Assembly: GCA_965112735.1 (NCBI GenBank)
Contig: OZ218964.1
Span: 62,001 to 126,000, forward strand
Reading direction: 5' to 3'
DNA: 64,000 bases
Source: Phaeosaccion multiseriatum
Lineage: Eukaryota > Protista > Ochrophyta, other classes
A program made the position numbers and the translations under genes. The notes below the pieces were generated by a model. It saw only the letters and a program-made list of their open reading frames with translations, made no database searches and was not told where the DNA came from. Positions within the stretch are counted from its first letter, which is position 1; each line of letters begins with the position of its first letter. Of the stretch, positions 1 through 13,500 are shown in pieces.

Positions 1-2551
1 GCTCAGCCCTTCTACAGCTGTGGTCCTCTAGGTAAAGGCGCGCTGATCACGGACGGAGAGGGTTTAGGCAGGGTTGTGAGCTGTGGATTGTCTCGCACTG
101 CGTCACCTCATCACCCCCCGACTCTCCCACTTGCCTCCCCCCCCCCCTCCCACCCATCCTTTTCAGGATTTAGTCTGGCGCACAACGGGCATATCACCAA
201 CGCCGCAGCCTTGCGTGCTGAGGTGTCCGTGAACTGCCATCTCAACACCAACTCCGACACGGAGGTGCTGCTGCAGGTACGTCCTCACATCGCACCGGAA
301 GGAGCCCTTTCGAGGCGGGGCAGGTCTCACCCCCCCAGGCGCTCTCATCCGGGCCTGCCTCTGACCTGTCCACAGGTACTGGCCCAGGAGCTACTGCAGG
401 GGCTGGGGCCTGCTCTCGCCAACACCTCCGAGGCTGCGCGGCCGGACAGGAGAGGGCTCCAGGACATCACGCCCGGTGAGCGTTGTACCCTCCGCCAGTA
501 CCGCCCGCCTGCTCCAGTCCCTGCCCCTGTAGACTCACTCAACCCTTCCTTCCCGCAGCGGAACTCTTCTCTGTAGTGGGCCGCGTCATGGCGCGCTGCC
601 GAGGAGGGTACGCCGTAACGGTCGTGCTCAACGGGGTTGGGCTGCTCGCCTTCAGGGACACGCACGGCATCCGACCGCTCTGCTTCGGCAGCAGGCCGAG
701 CCAGGGACACACAGGTAAGCTACCGCACGTTGGGGAATGGGGGGGTAACCAATCCTAAGGGCCAAGTGTTGTCGGCCCTGCGCTCACTTCGATTTTTGCA
801 ATCACCTCGTCAGACAAGCTGGACTGGGCCGCAGCAAGCGAGAGCGTCGGAATCACGGGCCTGGGCTTTTCGTTGAGGTACGTCCTTGGCGTGGGAGAGT
901 GTGAGGTCTGGGAGGCCATGATTGAGAGCCCCTGCCCTATGCCCTCTTCCCCCCCCCCCCCCGCTGCCTGCCCCTGTCCTCTGTGGCGCAGTCGCGACGT
1001 GTGCGCCGGAGAGGCCGTCTTCGTGGACACCCACGGAGCCCTCCATAGCGCGGTGTGTGCAAAGGGGCCTCTGCCCACATTCACGCCCTGCATATTCGAG
1101 TACGTGTACATGGTGCGTGCCTGTCCAGTCGGTACATAGGTGGGGTACTTCTGTGAGTGTACATGGAGGGGTTGTGCTTTTTCAGTCAACCCTGCGGCCG
1201 TTCCCCTCCAACCAGTGCCCCCCCCCCCTTGGGCCTTCCCGTGCCATGATATGCGTCAGGCGCGCCCCGACGCAGTACTGGACGGCGTGTCCGTGTACAA
1301 GGCGCGTGTGTCCATGGGCACGCGCCTCGCAGCCAAAGTGCAGCGCACCTTCTCTATGAAGAACAAGGAGGCGGCCCTCGGCTTCGGAGGCGTTGTGCCA
1401 GCGGTGGATGTGGTGGTGCCCGTGCCGGAGACGAGCCGCATCGCCGCGCAGCACTGTGCGAGGGCTCTAGGCGTGCCCTACGAGGAGGGCCTGACGAAGA
1501 ACAGATACATCGGCAGGACGTTCCTTCTCACGGTACGATCGTCAGGCGAAGAGCTTAGAGTTAGTTGGGGTAGGCCTTCGTAGTTAGTGCCCTTATAGTC
1601 TCCTCCGCTCTGCCGCTCCCCCAGGGCCAGAAGCTGCGGCAGGACAGCGTCAAGAAGAAGCTCTCCCCGGTGACCGCCGTGCTGGAGGGCAGGCACGTGC
1701 TGCTGGTCGACGACAGCATCGTGCGAGGCACCACGAGCAGGCAGATCGTGGCTATGGTCCGGCGAGCAGGTAAGGCCAGGGAAGGGACGGGAAGGGACGG
1801 GCGGGTTAGGTACGAGATGCAGCGGCGCTCAAGAGAGCCCCTCAAGAGAGCCCTCCCTTTGATGCGATGGCGCTCTTGTCCCACGAGGAAGCAGAAATGA
1901 CACCTCTTGTCTTGTCTGCGGACCTCACACACACCGCCCCTGCTGCTGCCCCTGCCCTCCGCCCCTGCCCTCCAGGTGCGACTCGCGTGACGTTCTGTAG
2001 CGCGTCTCCCGCCGTGCTGTACCCCAACGTGTACGGGGTGGACCTGCCCAGCCAGGAGGAGCTCATCGCACACGGCCGAGACATGGAGCAGCTCGCAAGG
2101 GCCATAGGAGCAGACGACGTCATTTATCAGGTAAAAGAGGGTAGGGTAGCTTTGTGCGCTGTGCTCTTTAGGGTAGGTGCATCAGAGGAGGTGAGGTCTG
2201 TAAGGTGTATCAGGCACCACCATTGCAGGCCTACCTGCTTGCCTTGTCCTTACCACACGCCACACACACACTGTCCGCTCTGTCTGCTCTCTGTAGGACA
2301 TGGCCTGCCTCCGAGAAAGCGTGACGGAGCACAACCCTGCTCTGCTGCGCTTCGAAGACTCAATCTTCACGGGCGAGTACGTCAGCCATGCCCCCCCGCC
2401 CTGCGCATTCGGCGGTCTCGAGGCGGCGCCAGCTGAGGACGCGACCCGGCCAGCGATGGAGGGGGGGGGCACCGAAGGTGCTGTTGTGGCAGCCACCCTG
2501 CCTCTGGAGGACCCCGCGGCAAAGGCGCCTCAGGCGGTGGACATTATCTGA
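1..2551 (+). CDS. purF: Amidophosphoribosyltransferase (glutamine PRPP amidotransferase), 5' end outside window, about 10 exons
   Basis: Spliced exons give AQPFYS..G (1-31), [19 protein letters not shown] (167-276), [42 protein letters not shown]|[25 protein letters not shown]-binding [31 protein letters not shown] and [11 protein letters not shown]. All introns are GT-AG. Stop TGA at 2549-2551. Confidence 0.97.
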
Positions 2552-3138
2552 AGGGGAGGGTCGGGTAGCTGAGGCATTGCCACACCTACGAGGCCACTAG
2601 CTGGGCTCCTTTCCAAGTAGAGCTTCATGCCGTGGAGTGAGTGCATGAGGAAAATGGATAGGCTGGCCGTTCTCCCCTCAGACTACAAGTAGTCCCGGAG
2701 ACTCGTCCTCGCCCCCCTCCTCGGGCAAGACAGGACGCGTGTGCCCAGGCCCTCCCTCGTGCTCTCCTCTGCGGCTCCTGTGCAGCTCCTGTGCAACTCC
2801 GAGCTGGTCCTGGCGGGAACTACAGGAATATCGGGGCCTATGGTACCTTCACGCCTTGACTGGAAGGGCCTTCGCTGAAGGAGCCTTTATTCCCCCCCCT
2901 TCCCTCTGTCTGCGCTGCGATGGTGCGATAACCCGCTTGAGCGTTCGTAGAACATTTATGCTTCAGTGGCGTAAAATTCATGAGAGACAGAAGAAAAATC
3001 TCTGTTTCCTCTATTTTCTATTTTTCGAGTTGGCTTCTTCCACGACTGGTTATCCAAATGATCGTCGCCATTTTGTTTTGTTTTGTTCAAACTCAAATCA
3101 CTCCTCTCTCCCCCAAGTTTTCCCCCCTGATCCAGAGG

Positions 3139-3450
3139 ATGGCTGCACAGGGAGGCACAGTGCCCGCCGCAATGCTGCTGAAGGAAGGGGATCTTGTGGA
3201 CGTGGCGGCCCGCACGGGGAGAGGCACGAACAAGCCGGGGGGGCGAGCTCGGATCCTGCGCGTCGCGTGGAGCCCCCCAGCCGGGCAGCCACAGCAGGTG
3301 AGCGCAGCAGCTGCGCCCCCTCTCCATTTACTGTGCCTCTTGCCCTCTGCTCTTGCTGATGCTGCTCTTCCTTTCCCTCTCGCTGTCCTGTAATTCCTTG
3401 CCCCGCCTCTTCTGCTTCACCTCCCGTCCCTCCCTTCTCTCTGCTTCGGC

Positions 3451-3501
<51 letters not shown>

Positions 3502-4544
3502 TCCACCTTTTTATCCGCTCCCAGTCTCCTTCGTGGGCGGCTGGTCTCGGTCTCTACGACGTAAAGTACGTGCTCGGCGGGAGGGAGGAGCATGGCCTCT
3601 CAAGCCACTTTCTCACGCCATACCGAGAGGACGAAGGAAGGGGGGCGGGCAAGGGTAGCAGCAGGAAGCGCACGAGAGAGACCAGGGTCTCCCAGCTGTC
3701 TGCAGACGGACAGGACAGCAACCACGCGCAAAGCGCCGGCACTGATGGCAGACGGCAAGAATCCAGTCCGTCTCAGGTGAGCGCAGCTGTGAGCAGTGTA
3801 TGGTCTATAGCCTGTTGCGGGCTCCATCGGCAGCTGATCCCCCCCCCCCCCTCCCGTGTAGGACCTGCCCAAGTTCCTGGACAAGCAGGTCAAGGAGCTC
3901 GACAAGCTGCTGGAGAGGCTCGAGAGGAGTGACCAATACGAGTTCATGAGCAGAGGTGAGGAGAGAGAACAGGAAGAGCGCGATAGAAAGAGAGGCAGAG
4001 ACAACTGGGGGAGTGAGAGAAAGAGGGAGAGGGAACAGAGCTAGAGAGGGAGAGAGAGACAAGAGAGAACAGAGAGAACAGACAGAGCGAGAGAGAGTGT
4101 GAGAGAGCGAGAGAGGGAGAGAGAGAGAGAAGGGAGAGCGACCAGTACGAGTCCACAGTCAATAAGCGTGATAGGGGCATGTGCGCAATAAGCGGGGCAT
4201 GTGCGGACAGTAGTCACTGTCTAGGGACGCACGAGCAGAAGCAGCGAAAGATCTCCACGCCTTGTGTGCCCCTCACCCTCCCCCCGTCCCATCCCGCCGA
4301 TGCTCCTGGTGCTGTGCAGGGGACCCCCTCGAGGCCCTGGATGGCGAGTCCTCCTCCAAGGCGAACAAGACCACAGACGAGGGGGGCGGAGGAGTGGCAG
4401 GGTCGACAGGGGCAGCGGCGGATACGAGCACGGTGGGGGTGGCATGTCGCGGCCTGCCCGTCCCTCTCAATCTGCGGGAGATGAGATTTCGTGCGTCCGC
4501 TCTGGTGTACGTCCGCCCAGGGGCACTTCCGACGCCTCCCTCGC

Positions 4545-4575
<31 letters not shown>

Positions 4576-7500
4576 TGCCGTGCCAGCTGAGGCCAGCGCA
4601 GAGGAAGGGACGGAGGTGGCAGGGCGGCTCATGCAGCTGGACTGGGCCTCAGTAATTGGAGACTTTTCCACCATGTGCAAACGACCCATCGACGCCACGG
4701 AGCCCACAGAAGAGGTGAGTACGGCGAGCAGTGGTTAGGGGAGCGCTCGGGTGAGGGTTCGAACGGCGCCTTAGCTCAGCCCTCTCTTCCGGCCTCTCCC
4801 TTCCTCTTGCCATTCCTCCATCCCCCCTTCCCCAGGTGGGCACGCTGGGGAGGGAGTGCCGCCGGGTGCTGGAGGTAGGACTGGAGGGCCTGCACAAGCT
4901 GCAAGAAAGGTTCGAGAAGGAGCACGAGAAGCTTGAGAAGGACCAAGAGGAATACTCCCTGGAGCACCGCCTCCACATGCTGCTCAGCACCAACAAGGAG
5001 CCGTGCGTGCAGGGCAAGTGGCGCAGAGAGGCCTTTCCGCGCCGCAAGTACAGGCGCTACCTCACATCCTACACGGCCGGAGACCTGTCCCAGCAAGACG
5101 CGGACGAGGTCTTCAAGGAGCTGCAGACGAGCTTGCCCACGGGTTACCAGGGGGAGGCCTTCAGCTACGACGACAACGGCATCAGCGAGGAGTGGATGGC
5201 CGCGCTGTCGGAGGGTGAAGGGGGCGCGGCGGGTAGGGCGGGGGAGGGGGAGGGCCTCAACTACCAGAGGATGAATCCCTGCGCCATCCGGGCTCAGGTC
5301 AACGCCTGCCTGGACTCGCTCATCCAGAAGGTCACCGACACCTCCGCCAACGAGAGGGGCGCGCTGGACCAGCCTGTGCTGGAGCTGGGGTATGGGCTCG
5401 AGGAGGTGTCTGTGTGGGGCCTGGACTGCTACGCGCGTACCAACGTGGAGCTCGTGCTGCGGGACTCTCTGCAGTGGGATGCGGCTCGCAGGGCCGTGTT
5501 CGTGGAGGAGCTGCTGCTGCCCGTTATCAACGTGCAGACCGGCGAGGACGCCTGGAATATCGGGTGAGAAATGATGGGTCAGGCGAGGCGAGGTGGGCCC
5601 CCAGGCAGGCACATCCAGGCAGGCACATGGGCTGGCAGAGTGTGCTGGGGGCTATCCCGCCTCCTCTCTCTCCTCTCTCGCGTTGGCACATTTGTTTTCA
5701 TCATGCCTGCCTCTTTTTCTGAGCGCCTGCCTGCCCATACGCCTGTCTGCCTATACAACCACCTGCCTGCCTTCCTGCCCATATGCCTGTCCCCCCCGTG
5801 CAGCGGCGCCCTCGGCCAGCTCCTCGCGGCCCACGCCAGCGGCACGCGGATCATGTTCGACGGCGACAAGGCGGCTGTCGATGCCCTCACCCAGGCCCTT
5901 CGAGTGGTGGGCCCATCCTTCTTCCACTGCCATCCCAAGGTGAGGCCAGCACACACGAAGCGCCGCTGTGGCAATCCCCGTCGCCGTCACCGTCCTCAGT
6001 TCTCAGTCCTGACACTTTCTCTCTGTCCGTCCCTCTCTCTCTCTGCAGGGGACGAGCGTGCTGTGCACACACCCCTCGGGCATCCCTGCGCACACCTTCG
6101 TCAGCGAGTACCTGGGCGAGCTGTACCCGGCGTGGCGCTGGATGGAGAAGCAGGAGGCCGTGGTGGATGCGCAGCGCAAGGCGGGCCTCAAGCCGAGCCT
6201 GCCGGAGTTCTACAACATGCTGCTCGAGAGGCCGAGGTAGGCAGGCAGGCTGACTTGTGAGAAAAGGGGGCTGAAGAAACTGAAGGGGGTGGGCGTATTG
6301 CGTGTAGTATTTGTGGGGGCGGCCACGTTTGTCATGTGGCGGTGGCGGTGACTCTCCGACCCCTTGTGTCCTCTTTGCGGCATATGTTCTTAGGACCGAT
6401 CCCCGCGGATACAGCCTCTTATTCGTCGAGGCCGGCGGTTACCAGGCCAACCTGAGCAGCAGCCTCAGCCACAGCTGCGACCCAAACTGCACCACCGCAG
6501 TGGTGGTAAAGAACGGGAGGCTATTGATTGCGCTGACCACCACCAGAGACGTCCGGCCCGGGGAGGAGCTCACCATCGACTACAATAGGTATGTATGTAT
6601 ATATGTACATGTATGTAGGTATACAGACTGTGGGCTGGGCACTGGGCACTGGGCACTGGGCACTGGGCACTGGGCAGGGGTCGTGAGGGGTCTAGTGATA
6701 CAACCTTCCTCCTGCTTTGTGCGGCGCGTGCTGCCTTCTGACTCCCCCCCCCCCCCCTTCCCACCCTCTCTCCTCAGCGTGACGACGAGCGAGCACGAGT
6801 ACAGGGACGCCATCTGCCTATGCGGCAAGACGCAGTGCAGGGGCTCGTTCCTGCACTACAGCGGACAGCACATCTTCCAAGTCATTCGAGAGAAGTACGG
6901 CAGCCTCAACATGTTCAAGAGCCTCGTCAAGGTAAGAGGAATAAGCTCACAAAGAGGGCTAAGGCGTTCCCTCTCCTCACGCAATGCGCTACCCTCCTCT
7001 CTCTTTCTCTATGTGTGTCTCCAGACCGGCATGGCCCCCTCCCTTGAGGACGGGCACCGCAGCACGCTCGCCAAGCACGGGCTCCACACGGCGGCCCTTG
7101 GGGACGAGTGCCCGGACTGGCTGCTGGGCTTCGTGGCGGAGCAGCTGCGCTACATCGAGTTCGAGCGGAGGAAGCTGCCCATCGAGCTCATGCGCCTCAG
7201 CAAGGAAGACCTTGACGGCTACGAGTATACGCACCACGTAAGTTAGTGAGTACGTAAGTACTAGGCTTGTCGTCGATTGGAGTGAGTGGGGCGCGAGGTG
7301 GGGCGGAAGCTCTCGCTCCCTCACCGGCAGGACGATGCGCGTGTGGAAAGAGTCTCTGTTGGCTGTCGCTTCTTGGCGAGGGCATGTTTGTGACTCTCTT
7401 GCACTGCCTGTTGGTGCTATGTAATCACAGGTGGCGGACGCGGAGGCCCGCTGCGTGATGGAGCAGCGCGTGCAGAGCCTGGTGACGTGCGTGTCCTCCG

Positions 7501-10500
7501 TGTACCAAATCGTGAAGAAGCAGGGCATGTACCATGCGGACCCGTGCGAGACGGACCCAAGGCTGCAGTCGGGCGTGAGGAACGTTCCGCCCCCGTTCCG
7601 GCTGCTCTCGGACGACGAAGTGGTGCAGCTTCTGTGGACAGGCCAACGCAGCGTAGCGAGGCGACTCTTCGCGATGATCTCTCAGCTCGTGGAGCAGGGG
7701 AGGGTGGAGGTGTACACTAAAGAGGGAGGGGCGGTGGCCGAGGGAGGGGAGCGCGCCGAGAAGAGGAAGAAGGAGAAGGCGGAAAAGAAGAAGCGAAGGA
7801 AGGCCGAAAAAGCGGCCGCAGCAGCAGCAGCAGCGGCAGCAGCAGTCAGGGAGGCGAAGGCAGCGAAGGCCGCGAAGCCGCCTGCCGACAAGACAGTCGA
7901 GGCCACAGCAGTCGAGGCAACTATGGGCGCAGCCGCAGGAGTGGCAGGGGCGAAAGAAAGTACAGGAGCACCAGCAGCCTCTCCTCCCTCAAGCACGACT
8001 GAGACGGCTGCGCCAACGGGGGAGAGGGGCCACAAAGGGGCGGGCAGGGGTAGCCAGGGCGTCGACATGGAGGCAACAGACGACGAAGCAGAACCGACGG
8101 GGCACGCCGAACAGAAGGAGAGACGGGCATTGGCGGTCATCGTCGCGGAGACCCAAGGGGGCAGGGGGGGCGAGCTGGAGCGGAATGGGCGCAAGCGAGC
8201 GAATGAGACCGGGGAAGGGGGAGGGGGGGGGGGGAGGAGTCCCAAGATGCGCCGACGGATGAAGATTGCGGAGGAGAAGCAGGGAGAAGTCGACGCCATC
8301 GGACAGAGCCGCGCAGAGGCGGGGGAGGAGGAGGAGGAGGAGGAGGAGGAGGAGGAGGAGGAGGAGGAGGAGGAGGAGGAGGAGAAGGAGGAGGAGGATG
8401 GGGAGGAGGAGGATGAGGAGGAGGAGGAGGACGACGACGACGACGAGGACGAGAGTCCGAAGGGGAGGGCGGCTCACAAGCGGCAGAGCGCGCGCGACGT
8501 GCGGCGCGTGATGAACAAAGGTGAGAGAGATGGGAGAGAGGCAGCCCCCCCCCTCGGGTGAGAGAGACAGGGCTCCCTCCAAAGTCGCTGCTCAACGCAA
8601 TGCTTAAGAGGGGCTCATGGAAGCGAAGCACCAACAGTCATCGTCCTGAAACTGTGTGGCCGACCCCCGAACCTGTGTTGCTGACCCCTGAAACTCTGTG
8701 AACGTCCAACAGGCAACCCTCATGACCGAGTGCCCGTGTGGGACCCTGTCCGCCTCCGGAAGCAAGCCGGCCGCAGCGCCCCCGTGCGGCACAAGCTCGA
8801 CGAGTACCTGCAGCAGAGGCCGCACATGGAGCTCTACATCGGGCAGAGCGAGGAGTGTATGCACTACACAGACGTCAGGGATGTCTTGAAGGGGGCGACG
8901 GAGGCGGGGGGGGCGGGCGGCGCGGAGGCGATGGACGTGGACTCGGGGGAAGAGTCGGAAGAGAAGGACGGGGAGGTGAAGGTTCTGGGGGTGAAGGAAA
9001 GTAAGGCAGAGGGGGTCCGCGAAGAAGAAGCGGAGAAGGCGGAGAAGGGGGTTGGTGACGAGAAGGAAGGCGGGGGGGGGACAGAGGGGGGGGAGCAGGC
9101 GGGGAGGCGACCGGAGAGAAGCAGGCGGGCCAAACAACAGACCAGGAAAGCCGCCCTTGAGGAGGAGGAGGAGGAGGAGGAAGAGGAGGAGGAGGAGGAG
9201 GAGGAGGAGGAGGAGGAGGAGGAGGGGGAGGAGGAGGAGGGGGAGGAGGAGGAGGAGGAGGAGGAGGGGGGGGGGGCGGGGGGGAGGGGACAGGAATCCG
9301 TAGAGGAGGACTTGAAGGGCGGACTAAGCTTCAGGATCACGCCACGCAGGCTGGACCAGATCGAGAAGGTGGGGACACCCACCGACAGGTCAGTCAGTCA
9401 CTCAGTCAGTCACTCAGTCAGTCACTCAGTCACGCAGACACTCCGACACTCAGTCAGTCAGCACGTTGTTCAAGCACATCAGAGACGTGATGCCAACCAT
9501 ACCCCATCCCCACCCATGCTCGACGCCGCTGTCGCTGCTGTGGCCGTTGTCTGGTGTTCGTGTGATGTATCACTAACTGGTGTGTGTCTGTGTGCAGGAT
9601 GAGTCTGTACGACCCCACCACGGGCCGCAAACTCACTGGCAACTGTGCCCCCATGCGCTGCAAGCTAAGAGAGTACAACAACCGCAAGCCGTGGTGCAAG
9701 CTCTTCATGAACAGCAAGGAAGTCCAGGACGCAGAGGAGGTGAAGCGCGCCACGGCCAAGAAGGGCAAGGCTCCTTCTGCTTCGTCTGCCAGCAAAAAGA
9801 ATAAGGAAGCAAAGGGGGGGCAAGGAGTGTCGACACGGGGGGGAGACAGGGGCAAGGGCAAGAGGAAGGGGCAGAAGCCTGCGGAGAGGCTGGGGGGAGA
9901 GGGCAAAGGCCCGGCGAAGGGCTCTGCTGGCCAGAAGAGGGCGGGAGGAGCCCAACCGCTCAACCACAAGGCCAAGGGGAAAGAGAAGAACGGTTCAATG
10001 TCACCCACGGACACGAAGGAATTGCCCTTTGACTCCGCCACTGGGCTGTATACGGTACGTGTGTGGGGGTTGTAAGATGAGGAGTAGGCGACAAGAAGAA
10101 GAAGCTGGAGGAGGGGGGGGGGGGGGGAAGGCATATGGGGCCCATCATGGATAGCCTCTCCACAGGGCCGCTCGGGAGATGCTGTCTTCGCTTGCTTGAC
10201 GCCCCCCCCCCGTCCATTGCCATCCCCCCAGCCGGAGCAGCTGCTGGCGGACATGCAGGCCCTGCTGCGCACAAAGAACGCGGCCGTGCTGCACCGAGGG
10301 CACCTCCGCCAGGCCCTTCTCGAGCTGCGAGCGCTGCTGCTGCGCATCAAGAGCGTGGCGCACTCGAGACACGAGGCAGCGGCAGACGTGCTGCTCATGC
10401 TCGCTCACACGCGCACATTCCTGGTGGGGAGAGAATACAGGCCGCACATGTCCTACCCGGTCACGGTGCAGGTGAGAGCTCTGCAGTCTTCCCTCCAGGC

Positions 10501-13500
10501 CTTTGCTCGCTTCTTGTCAGTGTTCAGTCGAGGCGGGAGCTAAGCTGAAGCTAAGCTAACCCAAGCTTCTCCCTCCCACCCCTCCCCATACGCCTCTGCC
10601 CAGTCCCGAGAGCTCGGCACGCGTGTGCCCGCCTCTGTGCTGCACATGTACCTACGGGAGCAGCGCGCGCTCGAGGACCAAGAGAGAGAGAGGGAGCCCC
10701 AGCGGCAGCACCTCATGCGCATCAGCCAGGAGGAGGCCGCGCGGGCGGAGGTGGCCTGCGTGGAGCACAAGCAGCTCGTGACGCACCAGGAGGAGGAGGC
10801 GGGCAGGTACGCCAAGGACATTGACTTGCACATGGAGCGCCTCAACCGGCACCACCGCAAGGTCACGCAGCAAGAGGCCGCCAAGATGGCGGAGAAGGGC
10901 ATCGCGCTGCCCGTGCAGCAAAAGAGCCTGGAGATGATCCAGCAGAAGCACTACCGATACGCGCAGAGGGTGTACACCGAGATGCAGGGCGAGCTTGAGC
11001 GCGCAAGGGCCGTGGTGGAGGAGACCAAGGGACACCTGCGCAAGTTCGATGCCGCGCGCATCAAGGCCAGAGAGCAGCTGCAGCACCTCGCCTGCCAGGC
11101 CTGGGGCTCGGGCCAGCGCCTCTTCTACGACGGGCCGGTGGCCCGAGCGGGGGGCAGCGCGTCGGCTCCGTACCCGGGGAGGGGTGCGGACGAGGTCATG
11201 CTCAGCCCCGAGGGAGGGCGCACGGAGGAGGCGGCGAGCCGCGGTGGAATCGTGAGTGAGAGCACCGTCGGCCTTCCTCGGCCTAACCCTGCCGGTGCGG
11301 CTCCTCTGGCTGATGCTCCTTTGGCGGCTGCTCCTTTGGCTGATGCTCCTTTGGCGGCTGCTCCTTTGGCGGCTGCTCCTTTGGCTGATGCTCCTTTGGC
11401 TGATGCTCCTTTGGCGGCTGCTCCTTTGGCGGCTGCTCCTTTGGCTGATGCTCCTTTGGCTGATGCTCCTTTGGCGGCTCCTCCTTTGGCAGCTGCTCCT
11501 TTGGCTGCTGCTCCTTTGGCTGCTCCTCCTGTGGCTGCTGCTCCTGTGGCTGCTGCTCCCTTGGCTGCTGCTCCTTTGGGTGCTGCTCTCTTGGCTGCTG
11601 CTCCTTTGGCTGCTCCTCCTCCTGTGGCTGCTCCTCCTGTGGCTGCTCCTGTGGCTGCTCCTCCTGTGGCTGCTCCTCTGGCTGCCACTCCTGTTGCTGC
11701 TGCTCCTACCGTTGCCATGGCTGTTGCTCCTACCGCCCCAGCGGTGGCTGCTGCTCCTGCCATGGCTGCTCCTGCTCCTGCCGTTGCTGTTGCTGCTGCT
11801 CCTGGCACTGCTGCAGCAGCGGCCCCGGCGGTGACTCCTGGTGCTGCTGCTACCGCTCCTGCTGCGATGGCTCCTGCTGGTGGCGGTGGCGGGGCCGATG
11901 GAGGGGAAGAGAGGAAGTACTTGAACGGGGACGAGGTCATCTACGCCTTCCGCAGGGAGTACGGAGAGAGCTTCATCCGCGAGAAGCTGCTGCAGTGGTA
12001 CAGCGACGGGCTTGACGCCTCCTCCTCCACATCCTCCAAGGAGCGCACGCCTCTGTCGGGCATCAAGCCGCGCCTTGCGGAGCTGACAGGCTGTGTGCTG
12101 CTACCCGACCCGCTGCAGGCCTACACGGGCATCGCCGCTTACAAATGGCAGCAGAAGGCCGACTTACTCCTGGTGAGTGAGTGAGTGAGAGAAAGAATGA
12201 GTGAGTTGCTTCGTTGCTGCCCATGCTCTTTCTTCTCCATTCATTGCTTATGCTCTTTGTCCGCCTTGTTTCACCCCTCACATCCACTGCCATCCCTCTG
12301 TCGCCCCAGCAACTCGAGGACCCACAGCGGCGGCGGCTTGCGTGGTGTCCCTCGGTGTCGGAGGCCTTCCAGCTGCCCCCCCTGGGTCTGCAGCCCACCA
12401 CGCAGGTGTTCGGCAGCCCCATGCTCGACGCGTCCCTCGGGGAGACGGAGGGGCTCAAGCAGGCCGTTGCCACCCTCAGGGCAGAGTGCACGGCGGGGGG
12501 GAGGAAGGTCGGGGGGGCGGGCGGTATCGGCACCAGCAGTAGCGGCAAGAACAGCGGGACAAGCGTAGCCGACGAGCGACGCGGAGGGGCAGGGGAGGGG
12601 GGTGCGGCAGATGGGGGAGGGGGGGGGGGCAGGGAAGGCGGGTCTGCCAAGGGCAGCACGAGCAAGAGCAAGAGCAAGAGCAAGGGCAAAGGCAAGGGCA
12701 AAGGCGGCGAGGAGAAGAGTGGGGCGCTGCAGCAAGAGGAGGAAGACCTGCCGGAGGGCGCGTCTGCCCCAGCCTGCCACTGGGTGCAGGTGCGTGTGTG
12801 GAGGCCACCCGGGTGCTGCTGTGCTGGAACTGTCCGAAACCCATTCTGCGTGACCAAAATGAAGGATGGGGTCGTCTCACCCCTTCCCCCGCCCCTCCTC
12901 ACCTCTTCTCACCTCTCACCGCTCGTCAACGCATCCCCTGCCCCTCCGTCTCCCCCAGTGCGAGGCGACGGACTGCTTCAAGTGGCGCAAGCTCCCGTGG
13001 CACGTCGACGTGGCTGCAGAGCTGGGGGACGAGTTCTTTTGCTCAGACAACCGCTGGAACCTTGAGCAGGCCAGGTCAGTCGGGGGAGCCACCCACCTGC
13101 CTACCTGCTCCATCACCTCCCGCCCCCCCTGCGTTGGGACGGGCCTGACCCTAAACGCTTGAGACTCTTTGGGACTGTGTGGGCGTTGTTCTCCCCCAAT
13201 GGCAATGGTTTGGCGGCCTGAAGCAGGCAGGCTCGCTCCGCCCCTTCCTTCGCCTTGTCTTACCTCACCGGTCTCTCTTGTCTTGCCCTTGCTTGTGTCT
13301 GCCTGCCTGCCTGCCTGCCTGCCTGCCTTCAGCTGCTCTGCCCCCGAGGACGAGTGGCGGGACGACGAGTGTGAGGACGAGACAGTCGAGTGGAACGTGG
13401 AGCGCATCGGTGGCTTCAGAGAAGGCGACTGGATGGACGGCTTCTGCGTCAAGACCAACACCTGGTACCCAGCCAAGGTCAGTCACGAATGCTCCAGGGG

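Noticed and set aside
4137-4153. Intronic echo (agcgaccagtacgagt, SDQYE) of the end of exon 3
   Set aside because: Only about 16 nt, with no usable splice sites or compatible frame; a decayed local duplication or chance.
11125-11940. Antisense (KGAAA)n ORF and alternative-frame (LLLWL)n ORF
   Set aside because: Other frames of the 15-bp minisatellite; only the APLAA frame connects the conserved blocks.
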